DNA of 64,000 nt from Verrucomicrobiota bacterium (GCA_027622665.1 JAQBYT010000001.1:1-64000), one strand, 5' to 3'; shown: positions 18,701-29,710, numbered from the stretch's first letter. Translations and numbers: made by a program. The notes: generated by a model not told the origin, from the letters alone.

Positions 18701-21700
18701 ATGCAATTCATGTCTTTCTTGAAGGAAAAGATTACCCTGCCACCCACACGCCGTGAAAAGGATGGGCGTAGTGGCTTTGCGTTAATCCTATGCCTAGCCC
18801 TGCTGTCCGTAGTGTTTTTGTTTGTGTTGAGCATGATGTCTCTGGTGTCCTTGGAGCTACGACAGTCACAGCTTCGCGAGAAAACAGTACTGGCCAAAAC
18901 GCATGCTCGTTTTGGATTAAGCGTGGCATGCGGGCAATTAAACAAGCATTTGGGACCTGATCAAAAAATTTCAGCGGCGGCCGCGTTATTAGAAGGATCT
19001 ATGGCTTATCCTTCGGAACTCGGTGGGCGCAAGTATTGGACGGGCGTTTGGGATACGAAGGACAAGACAACTCCGCCCGTATGGTTGGTTTCGGAAGAAG
19101 ACGCCGATCCTTTCGACTCGGGGTCCCTGCCTCTTGATTCCAAAGAGCGAGTAGAGCTGGTGGGAGCAACAGGAGGCACTTCATCCGATGCAGACGAGAT
19201 TTTGGTGAAGAAAGTCGGATTGGATCTTATTTCGAACACTAATCCGAGCAGCTCAAGAGATCCAATTGGAAGTCCCAAAAGTTCAGGTTCGTACGCTTAC
19301 TGGGTGGGCGACGAAGGTCTCAAGGCAAAAATCAGCATGCCTCGGACCGAAGACGCCCTTGTCTCAACGGGTTTTGGTGTTTCAATCATCCCCGGGTTTG
19401 AGGGTTTCGAATCGAAGATTCCAGCCCAAATACGCTCTAGATTACTGAACGAGGCTTCCGTTGCAAACGCAACGAAGGCAGTCAACGAAGATACTTTGCA
19501 TGCTCGATTTCACGATGTAACCGTACACGGACACGGCGTGCTGGCAAATGTCCGAGGGGGAGGCTTGCGGCGAGACCTAACGGCTGGGTTGCAACCCGAG
19601 TCAAAGAATTCCGAAGGGGAGCTCGTGCTTACCGGCGACGAACAAATTTTCGGCCCGGTGGGCGGTACTGAACCGTCTAGCGCCGTCGGCTATATTCCCC
19701 GCGAAGGTTTTCCCGAATTGCAGGGTTATGAAATTGACATGGGAAGCCGCGTGGGTCGTTTGCCCTTCAATCCGACCAGTGCTTCGCCTCAAAACTCGCG
19801 TCGGGTAGAGTTGAGAGAATCGACCGCTGAATTCTACGCTATCGATTTCGAAGATGCCGGAGATTTCGATTGGGACGTACGCATTGAAGCCGAGCGGATG
19901 GGCGACGGCAACATTCGTCTCTCCTTGTACCATCCGAGTTATACCTGCTATGCAGCTACTGTTTACAACGATAGAGGTCAGGCGGTTCAGGGCTTGATCA
20001 ACTGCAACCATAAGCGTGATTCAAGTGACCGTCGCGTGGTCACCCTGCAAGGTGGCCCGGGCAACAGTACTGAGAATGTAACAATCGACCCGGGAGGTCC
20101 TTTGTGGGATCAATTAAGGGACTACTATAACTTGCGCGCCTCGGGCAAAGCCATGTCTCCGCGAGTTCAGATGGAAGACAAGGTGGGGATTCATCCGGTA
20201 ATATCTCGTGCACAGTTCTTTCTTTATCCTACCTACGAGAGGGAGCCTTCGGGCAAGTTTCGCATCCACTCCCACATTTTGCCTGCCGTGGTACTTTGGA
20301 ACCCCCACAATGTGGATATTGCGCCCTCCAAGTATACCGTGGCGCTCTGGAATCGGGAGCAAAACGGTTTTGGAGACAAATACCGCATCTATTACAACGA
20401 CCGGAATGTTTGCGAAAGTAACTACTTTCTTTGGTATCCCCGTAAATCCGGAGGACCCGACGGCGAAATCCTGGATCAAGGGAGAGCAAAAGTGGACATT
20501 AAGGGCAAAAACCCCGAAGCCGGATATCCTAATGCCACTTGGCCCTACATCGACTTGGAAAACGAAATTGCCATTGATCTTGTTGGTCCCTGTCGAAACG
20601 GGAAAATCTGGACCATTCTCGAGACTGTACCAGGTGAAACCTACGAGGTGCGATTCCCATATGGCATAAACGAAGATGATCGCCCAAAACCCTATGTTCG
20701 TAGGGGCATTGTATCTTGGGATGGAACCGACATGGCCACCTTCGAGGGCAATACTGAGCTTTTCACTTATGGTACTCCGCAGGATTACGTAAGTTTCAGC
20801 GCAGTGGCCACTACAGATCAAACCAAACTTGAGTTCCGTAGCGATACACACACTAAAGCGGATGGCGGAAGCGGTGGCTCCACCTGCCAAGGCGTAGTCA
20901 TCGGCATCTGCACGGTAAAGTCCAGTTCCGGTTATCCTGCTTCGGTGAAGGTCCCGACGAAATATAGCGGATTAATGGGCAAAAAAATTGGTTTCGTGAT
21001 CGACAATGCTTCCGGATTGAAGGCGGGCGAGGCACTTGTCTTTACTCCCTCCGCCGAAGGGGAATACACGGGATACAGCATCGGGGAAGCCCCTGGGAAT
21101 GTTCTGAGTGAGGGTTGGCACGGTGGTCACACCTTCTGGAAACCAACGGACAAGACCTTGGATAGTGACGCAAAGCCCACACACGGCGAAGTTCTTCTGG
21201 ATCAAAACGATACCTATGTTGCACTCTTCAAGGGTGCCGTCGATACTGATGCCAGTCTCCTTCCCGATGGCAGCACACCGAATGATCCGTTGGTGGTTTT
21301 GTCTATGGGGCGATTCCTAGACGAAGGATTGGAACCCGAGCAATTCCAGCTGCTTTCCCGTAAGTCCAGCGACCGCTATAGTTCAAGTGAATTGGCCGGA
21401 TCCGTCGGTCGTCGGTTCGTCATGCGATATGCCGCGGAAGAGGACCAATCGTCGAGTGGAGGACGCATACGCTGGTTGGCCAACTATAATCCACGAGCCT
21501 CCCTCCTGTCACCTACGCCATATGAATTTTCCGAAAGCGCGGAGCATCCCTTGACGGGTTCCCTTCAGACAATCCCGAACTATCGCACCAAAAAGGCACG
21601 GGTTTCCGACGACGAGTGGGAGGTGCCGGTCTCCGGTTCGGCTTCGCACGATAGTCCATTTATCGCCTACTCGCACCAATCAGGAGTGACTCAAGGTGCC

Positions 21701-23092
21701 CTGTTCGAAATTCCCAAGGGCTATGACCACGAGCATTTTCGCTCTCTTGCGCAATTTTCACACGTCGATTTTTCCACGAAGACTCATCGACTGATTCGTG
21801 AGTACCTGACATTTGACAACAGTTCTTTCTATGAAAAATACGCTATGCGTGGACTGGGTCACAAACCCAGTTATGCCATCGGCAACTCGCTGGCCGACCC
21901 CCGCATTCCTCTGGACGCTCCTTATACAAACCTAAGTGACAATATCTGGACTGCTACCGAGTCTCGCCTTGATGCGGGTTACCACTATGACCATTCCTAC
22001 CTGCTCAACGAGGCCCTTTGGGACAGCTATTTCCTCTCCACTGTACCCCGCAGCGTGACTTCCCGACAGATGGAAGAAGTCGACTTCGCCTTGGCCAATA
22101 ATCGATTGAAACTCCGACGGAATCCACGGCTCCTGTGGCGGCAGGCTCGCGAACTTGTCGAAGCCGGCCTTCCTGCGCCACAAGCCTACATGGCGATTCG
22201 CGATCGAAGCGACGATGACTTGAAGTCCTACGACTTGGCGTCGTCGATGCTTCTGCTGGACGGAGCCTTCAACGTCAACTCTACCTCGGTCCATGCATGG
22301 TCGGCGTTGCTCGGCTCATTCTTCGGAGCCAAGGTCAAAGGTAAAGACGGAGTCCAACCCGGAGATGAATACGAATCGCCCTTCTTAAGGATCAACGAAC
22401 CGCTCGGCTCCGCGATCAAGGATGGAGACAACGTGAATTCCGCCTCCGAAGAAGCTTATTTGGGATACCGCTCACTCAGCCAATCAGAAATCCGGGACCT
22501 AGCCACTGAAATTGTGGTTCAAGTCAAGCAACGCGGGCCTTTTCGATCCCTTGCCGAATTCATTAACCGCACCTTGCCGGAAGGTGCTTCCTCGGCATCA
22601 TCCGACTGGGAAAGCGATGCCCTTCAAGGCGCCCTCGCCGCCGCCATTGAGTCCGCTGGCATCAACGAAGACTTTCGCGTCGAAATGATTGAGGCGAAGA
22701 AGAATCGAAACTTCGACTTGGAACTTAAAGCGACTAAAAAACCAGGCGGTTCTACAGCCGCCGCGGGTCCTGCCGCATCGAATGCACCCGGATTTCTCAC
22801 ACAAGCCGACCTACTGTCTCGTCTGGGCCCATGTCTTTCGGTCCGATCCGACACTTTCCGCGTACGCGTTTACGGCGAAGCCATGGCAACTTTGGGAGCG
22901 AATAGAGATGGAGACGAGAGCCACTTCCGTGGCGAGGCCATTTTCCAACGACTTCCCGACGTCGTGGAACAATACGAAGTACCTTCCAAATCTTCCGATT
23001 CTCCTGATTCTCCCGAGAAAGAGGATTGGAACGGCCTCCACAGAACGTTTGCACTCATCGGCTTTCGTTGGTTGCGAGACAACGAGATTTGA
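18701..23092 (+). CDS. Large PilX/GspK-like protein of verrucomicrobial type with inserted extracellular domains
   Basis: GFALILCL prepilin-like N-terminus, GQL.K.LGPDQ, YWVGDEG.KA, AFNVNSTS..AW, RGPF.SLAEFINR, TQADLL..LGP..SVRSDTF. Confidence 0.72.
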   Translation: MQFMSFLKEKITLPPTRREKDGRSGFALILCLALLSVVFLFVLSMMSLVSLELRQSQLREKTVLAKTHARFGLSVACGQLNKHLGPDQKISAAAALLEGSMAYPSELGGRKYWTGVWDTKDKTTPPVWLVSEEDADPFDSGSLPLDSKERVELVGATGGTSSDADEILVKKVGLDLISNTNPSSSRDPIGSPKSSGSYAYWVGDEGLKAKISMPRTEDALVSTGFGVSIIPGFEGFESKIPAQIRSRLLNEASVANATKAVNEDTLHARFHDVTVHGHGVLANVRGGGLRRDLTAGLQPESKNSEGELVLTGDEQIFGPVGGTEPSSAVGYIPREGFPELQGYEIDMGSRVGRLPFNPTSASPQNSRRVELRESTAEFYAIDFEDAGDFDWDVRIEAERMGDGNIRLSLYHPSYTCYAATVYNDRGQAVQGLINCNHKRDSSDRRVVTLQGGPGNSTENVTIDPGGPLWDQLRDYYNLRASGKAMSPRVQMEDKVGIHPVISRAQFFLYPTYEREPSGKFRIHSHILPAVVLWNPHNVDIAPSKYTVALWNREQNGFGDKYRIYYNDRNVCESNYFLWYPRKSGGPDGEILDQGRAKVDIKGKNPEAGYPNATWPYIDLENEIAIDLVGPCRNGKIWTILETVPGETYEVRFPYGINEDDRPKPYVRRGIVSWDGTDMATFEGNTELFTYGTPQDYVSFSAVATTDQTKLEFRSDTHTKADGGSGGSTCQGVVIGICTVKSSSGYPASVKVPTKYSGLMGKKIGFVIDNASGLKAGEALVFTPSAEGEYTGYSIGEAPGNVLSEGWHGGHTFWKPTDKTLDSDAKPTHGEVLLDQNDTYVALFKGAVDTDASLLPDGSTPNDPLVVLSMGRFLDEGLEPEQFQLLSRKSSDRYSSSELAGSVGRRFVMRYAAEEDQSSSGGRIRWLANYNPRASLLSPTPYEFSESAEHPLTGSLQTIPNYRTKKARVSDDEWEVPVSGSASHDSPFIAYSHQSGVTQGALFEIPKGYDHEHFRSLAQFSHVDFSTKTHRLIREYLTFDNSSFYEKYAMRGLGHKPSYAIGNSLADPRIPLDAPYTNLSDNIWTATESRLDAGYHYDHSYLLNEALWDSYFLSTVPRSVTSRQMEEVDFALANNRLKLRRNPRLLWRQARELVEAGLPAPQAYMAIRDRSDDDLKSYDLASSMLLLDGAFNVNSTSVHAWSALLGSFFGAKVKGKDGVQPGDEYESPFLRINEPLGSAIKDGDNVNSASEEAYLGYRSLSQSEIRDLATEIVVQVKQRGPFRSLAEFINRTLPEGASSASSDWESDALQGALAAAIESAGINEDFRVEMIEAKKNRNFDLELKATKKPGGSTAAAGPAASNAPGFLTQADLLSRLGPCLSVRSDTFRVRVYGEAMATLGANRDGDESHFRGEAIFQRLPDVVEQYEVPSKSSDSPDSPEKEDWNGLHRTFALIGFRWLRDNEI

Positions 23093-23148
23093 GAAGTCTC
23101 GATAATTCTCGACTCTAAGTCAGCTTAATACTCAAATCCGATCATCCC

Positions 23149-23520
23149 ATGAAAAAACTCCATCCATCCCGGTTCGTTCTATTCCTTGTCGCGTTGGCTC
23201 TTGTACCTCTTTTCCAAGGCCAAGTTAGTGACCAACAGAGAAAGCAACTGCGTGAACTGCTTCGCTACCAGAGAGCATACAACGAACAGTTGGACCAAGC
23301 CCGTAAGCAACTCCTCGAAAAAGACGAGGAACTCCAACTCGTCTACTCTGAGATGATCGATGCAGAGAGAGTTTATCTCGAGGTCACCAAACAGTACGAA
23401 ACTCTCCTTGAAAAAAAGCTGAAAGCCAATCCACAGGTGAAGGACATCCAGACCAAACTTGGCAAAATCAATGAGCAGATCCGAAGTGTCGGAACAACTC
23501 CAAAGAGCCCGCGGCGTTGA
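23149..23520 (+). CDS. Exported coiled-coil hypothetical protein
   Basis: Signal peptide followed by Q/E/K/L-rich helical sequence. Confidence 0.7.
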   Translation: MKKLHPSRFVLFLVALALVPLFQGQVSDQQRKQLRELLRYQRAYNEQLDQARKQLLEKDEELQLVYSEMIDAERVYLEVTKQYETLLEKKLKANPQVKDIQTKLGKINEQIRSVGTTPKSPRR

Positions 23521-24260
23521 TGCGTCTCTCTCGTTTCTTGTTTGTAGTCATTGCCTGCGCCGCATCGGCAAGCTCAGTCTTTGGGGAAATCGATAGAGAC
23601 AAACCGCCGGAAGTAACGGTCGACTTCCGCCTCTTGGTATGGGCTCACCCAAAAAGTCAGGCCTCGGCTGTAACGACTTCAGCTAAAACCGGAGAACCCA
23701 CCGAGGTCCGCTTCCATTCAACATTTCACTATCAGGATGGAAACATAACGAAGGAGCTTCGCTTACTCCCGGGGAAGCCATCTAAGAACGTATCCTATGC
23801 CGGTGACGCCACATTATCATTTTTCAGCAATCAGAATCTTGAGTCTCCACATGCATTTAGTATCTCTTTCGATCCGCTGTGGAAGGAGGTTCTGCTACTT
23901 CTCTATCCAAAGACTTCGTCGGAAAAGACATTCAACTGTCTCCCCGTGTTCCGTCCCATCGGTCAGCCGAGCATAGGCATTGCCGTCAACTTAACGGGAA
24001 ATCCCCTTTCGCTTTTAGTGGATGGACGCCGGCAGCGTTTATCGTCATGGAAACCGACGCCGTTTCGTTTTTCCCTCAGAAACAAGGATCACATCCGGTT
24101 TGGGGTGAATGCTCTCGATTCCGGAACGACTAAGCAGCTTCTCTCGGTCAAGAAATTCTTTGACCGTGATGACAATCCCATACTGTTACTACGCCGAGAA
24201 ACCTTTATTGATCCCAAAGGACTCATCAAGCACGGGAAGTTGTTGATGACCACCCTCTAG
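23517..24260 (+). CDS. Exported hypothetical protein
   Basis: Signal peptide; overlaps the stop of the previous gene. Confidence 0.65.
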   Translation: MMRLSRFLFVVIACAASASSVFGEIDRDKPPEVTVDFRLLVWAHPKSQASAVTTSAKTGEPTEVRFHSTFHYQDGNITKELRLLPGKPSKNVSYAGDATLSFFSNQNLESPHAFSISFDPLWKEVLLLLYPKTSSEKTFNCLPVFRPIGQPSIGIAVNLTGNPLSLLVDGRRQRLSSWKPTPFRFSLRNKDHIRFGVNALDSGTTKQLLSVKKFFDRDDNPILLLRRETFIDPKGLIKHGKLLMTTL

Positions 24261-24280
24261 GCGTGGCCTGTATACAAGGC

Positions 24281-24511
24281 CTATGCTTTTTGAATCTTGC
24301 CGGCCTTGATGGCCTTGGCGGAAACCCATATGCGTTTCACTTGCCCGCTAGGCAACTTTACGCGTACACGCTGCAAGTTAGGCCGGAAGGTGCGTTTGTT
24401 CACCTTGACTAATTGCAAGCCGATGCCGCCGGACTTTTTACTGATGCCCTTACGGATGATAATACCGCCTCTACGAGGGCGTTTGCCAGTGATTGCACAA
24501 ATTCTAGACAT
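24281..24511 (-). CDS. rpmB: 50S ribosomal protein L28
   Basis: MSRICAITGK.P..G, KRTFRPNLQ, I.VSAKAIK. Confidence 0.95.
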   Translation of the reverse strand: MSRICAITGKRPRRGGIIIRKGISKKSGGIGLQLVKVNKRTFRPNLQRVRVKLPSGQVKRIWVSAKAIKAGKIQKA

Positions 24512-24584
24512 GGGTACTTTGTTGGGAAAAGAGAGAAAACATCATGAGAAGCCGTTAACGGCAAGTCATTTCCTAGTCCAAGCG

Positions 24585-25841
24585 CTACTTTTTGCGGGGC
24601 CGAAAGATTGACCTATCGGCTATCGATCCGTCTAGAAGAACAACTTCATAGTCCATTTTTTCGGGGGTGAAACGAATGTTCATTACATGGTGACCTCTGG
24701 CAACCATGCCGGGAGAGCGCAAATACCAACGCCCGGCATCAGGTTTTCGTTGCGAGACACCAAGGCCGCCCTCACCTACATATACTACCCCGGTGGAATC
24801 CTTCTTCTCATTACGGATGGGAACGGTTCTTTTGATGACGTGACCGTCGGATTCCACAACCAAGTCGACGTCGAATTCCTCGAACAAAGGCACCCAGAAT
24901 TCTTGGGCGGCACCAGGCCTTTTGACTGCGGGCCATGCGGGCCGATGATACTCCGCCAACAACCAACGAACCTCGGGGCGCAAAGACTGCAGGGTCTTGC
25001 CCAACCACGTCCGCTGGGCTCCTCCCGCTTTTGTTTCGGAATTAAGGGTAACGAGAGCTACCTGTGGAGACAGTTTAGTCGAAAAGTAGTTTTCTCGTTC
25101 CTTCCCGCCGGGACTATCAAATATTTCATCGAAGAGCGGTCCGCTGTCATGATTTCCACGGGTAGGGATGATGGGCAACACTTTGCCCGATCCCGCAACC
25201 GTCAATTCATGCTGGCTAAGCCAGCGCGACCATTGTCCCCAGTTTTTCCCACTGGAAACGTAGTCGCCGCCATGAGCGAATGCGAGGAGGTCCTCAGTTT
25301 CTTCAGATAGGCTAGCCATCAATAAATTGATCTGGGCTCTCGCGAAATGACCGGAGCGGGAATCCCCACCGAAGAGTACGCTAAAGGGACGATCGTCGGA
25401 AGGGGCAGTAGTAAAATGCATTTCGGGAGAGTGTTCACTATCGGACTCGATCACGAACCAGTAAGTCGTGGAAGGTTTTAGGTCCGTGAGACGGGCGTGA
25501 TGAAAATGCTCGCCACGGGAGTCGGAAAAGCGACCGTCGCGGTCGGAAACTTTGCGAAAGGAACAAGTCTCCGGGTTGCCTCCGCAGGACTTCAGGTCGT
25601 AGTGGACGATGTGACTTTCGCCTTTTTTCTCTGTACTCCAAGAGATGGTGGCTTGGGAGGACGGGTCGGTTTCCCAGATAACGCGCCACTGGGCGGGTCG
25701 AGAACCTACCAACTTTGCGATGCCGTTGGTTTTCTCGATGACGAACTTTTCTTCTAGCCAAGGCGCATTGCCTTTGTCCGGATTCCCTTTAAGAGGAAAA
25801 ATCCAAAGAAGGAGGGCGACATATTGTAATATAGGTTTCAT
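24585..25841 (-). CDS. Purple acid phosphatase-like metallophosphoesterase with N-terminal FN3-like domain
   Basis: H.A.LTDLKPSTTYW, GGDSR, HGGDY, RGNHD, YHRP, DGH. Confidence 0.85.
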   Translation of the reverse strand: MKPILQYVALLLWIFPLKGNPDKGNAPWLEEKFVIEKTNGIAKLVGSRPAQWRVIWETDPSSQATISWSTEKKGESHIVHYDLKSCGGNPETCSFRKVSDRDGRFSDSRGEHFHHARLTDLKPSTTYWFVIESDSEHSPEMHFTTAPSDDRPFSVLFGGDSRSGHFARAQINLLMASLSEETEDLLAFAHGGDYVSSGKNWGQWSRWLSQHELTVAGSGKVLPIIPTRGNHDSGPLFDEIFDSPGGKERENYFSTKLSPQVALVTLNSETKAGGAQRTWLGKTLQSLRPEVRWLLAEYHRPAWPAVKRPGAAQEFWVPLFEEFDVDLVVESDGHVIKRTVPIRNEKKDSTGVVYVGEGGLGVSQRKPDAGRWYLRSPGMVARGHHVMNIRFTPEKMDYEVVLLDGSIADRSIFRPRKK

Positions 25842-26692
25842 AAGGAGGGCGGACGGTTAGACGAGGTTTTCCATTCAAGCCAAAGCAGCAAGGGTAATCC
25901 ACCGTTGGCCATACGGATCAAAATGTCGGGCCAGCGTTCCCAGCCAAAAGCCGTCACACGGGAAACCGCTGTAACGAAGCCCCAAATCGCCATCCACAAG
26001 GCCACTGTCCGTAAGCGTTTGAAAGGGATCAAAATCAATGCGGCTAATAGAAAGTCAAGTCGGCCGATCCAAGGCAGCATGACGAGAGTAAAGCTTTCTC
26101 GTTGCCCTGCCAATCGCCAGTCATCCCCCAAAAAAGTATCCATTGTGCCAACGATCAAGTCCACAAAGCCGGGCTTCAACCAATACGCGGCTAGACCATG
26201 CCCGATGAAGGTGGAAGCAATCGCAATGCGCAAGAGCCACTCAAGTGTGAGGTAGGAACCTCTCCCTGTCCCGAAGGCAAGCAACACGACGGGAGCGACA
26301 AAGCGAACGGCGTGGCCAAAAGGATCCGTTGCGGCAAACTCATCTTCAATATTCATTTGCCATGAAAAAACCGAATTGGCAAAAGCCCATCCGGCTACAA
26401 AGCATAGCAATGCAGCATCGCATCTAGCGACAGGACATGACCATTGAGCTTGGGAGGTCGGCAAAGATGCACGGCCTAGAAAAGGAAGCGCACAACCTGA
26501 CAGCCAAAGTATTAGGGCAAGAGTTGCGTCCACTGCTCCGGCAAAGGCGTCCCCTTGTAAAGGCAACAACCAGCTATTAAGATGAGAAGGAACCACAAGC
26601 GAGGCGGCGTAACCGAAACACTGCAAGGAGATGACCCAGCGCAGACCCCATGCCAAGCGAGCGTAAGAGTAATGATTGTTGAAGGAGTTCAC
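25838..26692 (-). CDS. Integral membrane hypothetical protein
   Basis: Several hydrophobic segments; LRIAIASTFIGHG; overlaps start of phosphatase gene. Confidence 0.7.
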   Translation of the reverse strand: MNSFNNHYSYARLAWGLRWVISLQCFGYAASLVVPSHLNSWLLPLQGDAFAGAVDATLALILWLSGCALPFLGRASLPTSQAQWSCPVARCDAALLCFVAGWAFANSVFSWQMNIEDEFAATDPFGHAVRFVAPVVLLAFGTGRGSYLTLEWLLRIAIASTFIGHGLAAYWLKPGFVDLIVGTMDTFLGDDWRLAGQRESFTLVMLPWIGRLDFLLAALILIPFKRLRTVALWMAIWGFVTAVSRVTAFGWERWPDILIRMANGGLPLLLWLEWKTSSNRPPSL

Positions 26693-26825
26693 TATTTAAC
26701 TATTCCTCAGCCATGGAAAAGGTCTCGGACAATGCCGGAACTCAGCATTTCGGCCAGACCAAAGGTGCCCTTCCGAACTTGCACGATCTCAAGGAAGTCA
26801 CTTTCATCGCTTCTTATTTAATTTC

Positions 26826-27809
26826 ATGAACAAACGAATTTTCGGTAATAGTAATTTTCATGTCTCAGAGGTGGGGCTCGGTTGTTGGCAGCTGGGTGGT
26901 GATTGCTGGGGCGATCTCGATGAAGCGGAAGCCCTAGGCATTTTGCGAGCAGCCGTTGAAAGTGGCGTCAACTTCCTCGACACCGCAGACGCGTATGGAG
27001 GTGGACGGAGCGAGCAGTTGATTGGAAAGTTCCTGAAGGAAAATTCGGATGAGTTATTCGTCGCGACCAAGCTAGGTCGACGCGACCATGTGTTCCCTGA
27101 TAGCTTCACTCCTGAAAATCTACGTGGATGTACGGAAGACTCGCTCAAACATCTTGGCGTGGAAAGCCTTGATCTCACGCAACTACACTGTCTACCGACT
27201 GAAGTTTTGAGAAAGGGAGAAGTTTTTGACGAAATGCGTAAACAACAGGCAGCCGGCTTAATCCGTCACTGGGGCGTGAGCGTGGAGAGCATGGAGGAAG
27301 CCCTGATCTGTATGGAACAAGACGGTCTGACCTCTCTCCAAATCATCTTCAACGTTTTCCGCCGTAAACCGGCCGAAATACTATTCGAAAAGGCGAAGGC
27401 GATGAATATTGCAATTATAGTCAGGTTGCCGCTGGCCAGCGGACTTTTGTCGGGCAAGCTTTCATCCAATTCCACCTTCGCAGAGAACGACCACCGAGGT
27501 TTCAACGCAGACGGTCAATTCTTCAACGTCGGCGAAACATTCGCGGGACTCGGCTTGGCCAAAGGCACGGAGCTGGCGGATGAGCTGAAGCCATTCGTTC
27601 CCGAAGGCATGAGCATGGCGACGATGGCCCTGCGATGGATACTCGATTTCGACGGCATCACGACGATCATCCCGGGAGCGAGTCGCGCGGAGCAAGCTCA
27701 AGGTAACGCCTCCGCTTCAAAGCTGCCGTCCCTCCCCGACGAACTTCATGAAAAGCTCAAAGCCTTCTATTACGAAAGAGTGACGCCTCACATTCGAGGA
27801 CCTTATTGA
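26826..27809 (+). CDS. Aldo/keto reductase
   Basis: VSEVGLGCW, DTADAYG.G.SE, ATK, DLTQLH, PLASGLLSGK, IPGA. Confidence 0.93.
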   Translation: MNKRIFGNSNFHVSEVGLGCWQLGGDCWGDLDEAEALGILRAAVESGVNFLDTADAYGGGRSEQLIGKFLKENSDELFVATKLGRRDHVFPDSFTPENLRGCTEDSLKHLGVESLDLTQLHCLPTEVLRKGEVFDEMRKQQAAGLIRHWGVSVESMEEALICMEQDGLTSLQIIFNVFRRKPAEILFEKAKAMNIAIIVRLPLASGLLSGKLSSNSTFAENDHRGFNADGQFFNVGETFAGLGLAKGTELADELKPFVPEGMSMATMALRWILDFDGITTIIPGASRAEQAQGNASASKLPSLPDELHEKLKAFYYERVTPHIRGPY

Positions 27810-28054
27810 GGAGTACGATGCTGGAGACTCGGCTAAGTAAAATTCTCGCGTCGATTTTTCTCTTCGCCCTTATTATGGGACCGGGACCGGGTTTATATCT
27901 GGTAAACCCATCGACCGACAATCCCTCATCCACTACGTTTCTCGGCATGCCCGTGCTCTTCGCTTGGGCGTCGTTCTGGTTTTTTGTACAAGCAGGGGTG
28001 GTGTTGGTGGCCTACGGGAGGCTCTGGACAAACGGAAACGATCTTGACGAATGA
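27806..28054 (+). CDS. Small two-TM membrane protein (SSS transporter accessory-like)
   Basis: Two hydrophobic helices, FLGMP..FAW..W; coupled to the symporter gene. Confidence 0.7.
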   Translation: MRSTMLETRLSKILASIFLFALIMGPGPGLYLVNPSTDNPSSTTFLGMPVLFAWASFWFFVQAGVVLVAYGRLWTNGNDLDE

Positions 28055-29691
28055 GTCATTTTCACATTCTCGCAATCACCGATATCGCAGGAGGGCATCT
28101 TCCCCATTTCATGCTTGGGGGATACATGCTGCTACTGGTCTGGTTGTGTTACCTCGGTTACCGTAAGGGAAAGGCGACGGAGGAAGACTACTACCTCGCC
28201 GGACGCGGGCAGGGCGCAATCGTCACCTCGCTCACGATCATGGCCACCTTTTTCTCCAGCGCTGCGTTGCTGGGCATTCCCGGGGTGGTGTATCGGGACG
28301 GTGTCAGCTTCTTTCTGTTCGCCCTCAACCTTCCAGTAGCCGGAGCCGCCGTTTATTTACTTGGCGACCGCATCCGAAAACTAGGCAAGGCCAGGGGCTA
28401 TGTAACACCAGCCGACCTAGTCGGAGATTATTACGGCGGAACGGAGGTAAGACTTTTGGCGGCGGCCACGAGTGCACTTTACGTGTTGCCCTACGTCATC
28501 ATGCAAATCAAGGCGGGCGGTTACCTCGCCCAACGTCTTTTTCCCGAAACGCCACCTCTGGAATTTTTCGGAAGCTCTTTCACGATGTACGAGACTGGCG
28601 TGTGGGCTCTTTCTTTCCTGACCATGGTCTATGTGCTGGTAGGAGGCATGCGTTCGGTGGCGTGGACGGATGTAATCCAAGGCATCCTACTAATTTTCGG
28701 CATGCTGGTGGCAGGTCTTGCCACCATCGCATATTTCGGTGGTCTCGGCGGCTATTTCGAGGCGGTTTCGGCACTTCCCGCGAAGGCTCTTTCCGCTCCC
28801 GGATATTCAGACAAGTGGAATGCAGGGATGCTCTTCACGATTTGTGCTTTTGCCTCTCTCGGATCCATCATACAGCCAGGGCAATGGATGCGTTTCTACG
28901 CAGCCAAGGATTCGAATACTTTACGCAAATCGGCACTCGTATTTTCAGTCGTCTTGCCAGTCTGCTTTATCTTCGGCATCATGCTCGTAGCCTTAGGTGG
29001 GCAAGTCCTTTTCCCGCCTGAAATCACGGCAGAGGGAATCATTCCGCATCCTTCGGTCGGAACGAAATCAAGCGAGGTGGACCAAATTGTCATCGTCATG
29101 ATTCAGCGGGTGGTGCCTGAGATGCTGGGCATTACTTTCGGCGCAGTTGTGGTAACTATGATTTTGATTGCAGTACTGGCTGCCTCCATGAGCACTGCCG
29201 ACAGCAATTTGCACGCCTTAAGCGCCGTCCTGACCCGCGACGTCTATGACCGTTTCATCCGCCCGCAAGCCGACGAGCGAGAAAGGACATGGGTCGGGCG
29301 AATCGTAATTGTGCTAGCGACAATGGCTGCGGTCGCGTTGGTGGAGTGGAGTCAAAAGGCGGGAGCGTTTAATCCGCTAGAACTCATATCCCAACTCATG
29401 CTATTGGCCATCGCCTTCTCTAGTCAGTTACTCCCTATCGCCATCGACGTCTTATTTCTGAACAAGGGAACCCGTCAAGGAGCTATCGCCGGTTTGACCG
29501 CAGGCATCGGATTGGTCCTCCTTCTAACAATAAAACCCGAATGGAGCTTCGGTATCACGAAGATCGTTCACGTCAGCGCCATAGGCATCGCTGCCAACGC
29601 AATCGTGTTCGGTCTCGTAAGCCGAGTAACGAAAAAAGTACCGCAAAAGCGCATTGACGAGTTCCGCAGGATAATCAAAGCCAAGGGGTGA
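28051..29691 (+). CDS. Sodium:solute symporter family protein
   Basis: DYYLAGR, GGMRSVAWTDVIQG, AASMSTADS.L. Confidence 0.93.
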   Translation: MSHFHILAITDIAGGHLPHFMLGGYMLLLVWLCYLGYRKGKATEEDYYLAGRGQGAIVTSLTIMATFFSSAALLGIPGVVYRDGVSFFLFALNLPVAGAAVYLLGDRIRKLGKARGYVTPADLVGDYYGGTEVRLLAAATSALYVLPYVIMQIKAGGYLAQRLFPETPPLEFFGSSFTMYETGVWALSFLTMVYVLVGGMRSVAWTDVIQGILLIFGMLVAGLATIAYFGGLGGYFEAVSALPAKALSAPGYSDKWNAGMLFTICAFASLGSIIQPGQWMRFYAAKDSNTLRKSALVFSVVLPVCFIFGIMLVALGGQVLFPPEITAEGIIPHPSVGTKSSEVDQIVIVMIQRVVPEMLGITFGAVVVTMILIAVLAASMSTADSNLHALSAVLTRDVYDRFIRPQADERERTWVGRIVIVLATMAAVALVEWSQKAGAFNPLELISQLMLLAIAFSSQLLPIAIDVLFLNKGTRQGAIAGLTAGIGLVLLLTIKPEWSFGITKIVHVSAIGIAANAIVFGLVSRVTKKVPQKRIDEFRRIIKAKG

Positions 29692-29710
29692 TCCTTCACC
29701 ATTAATTATT

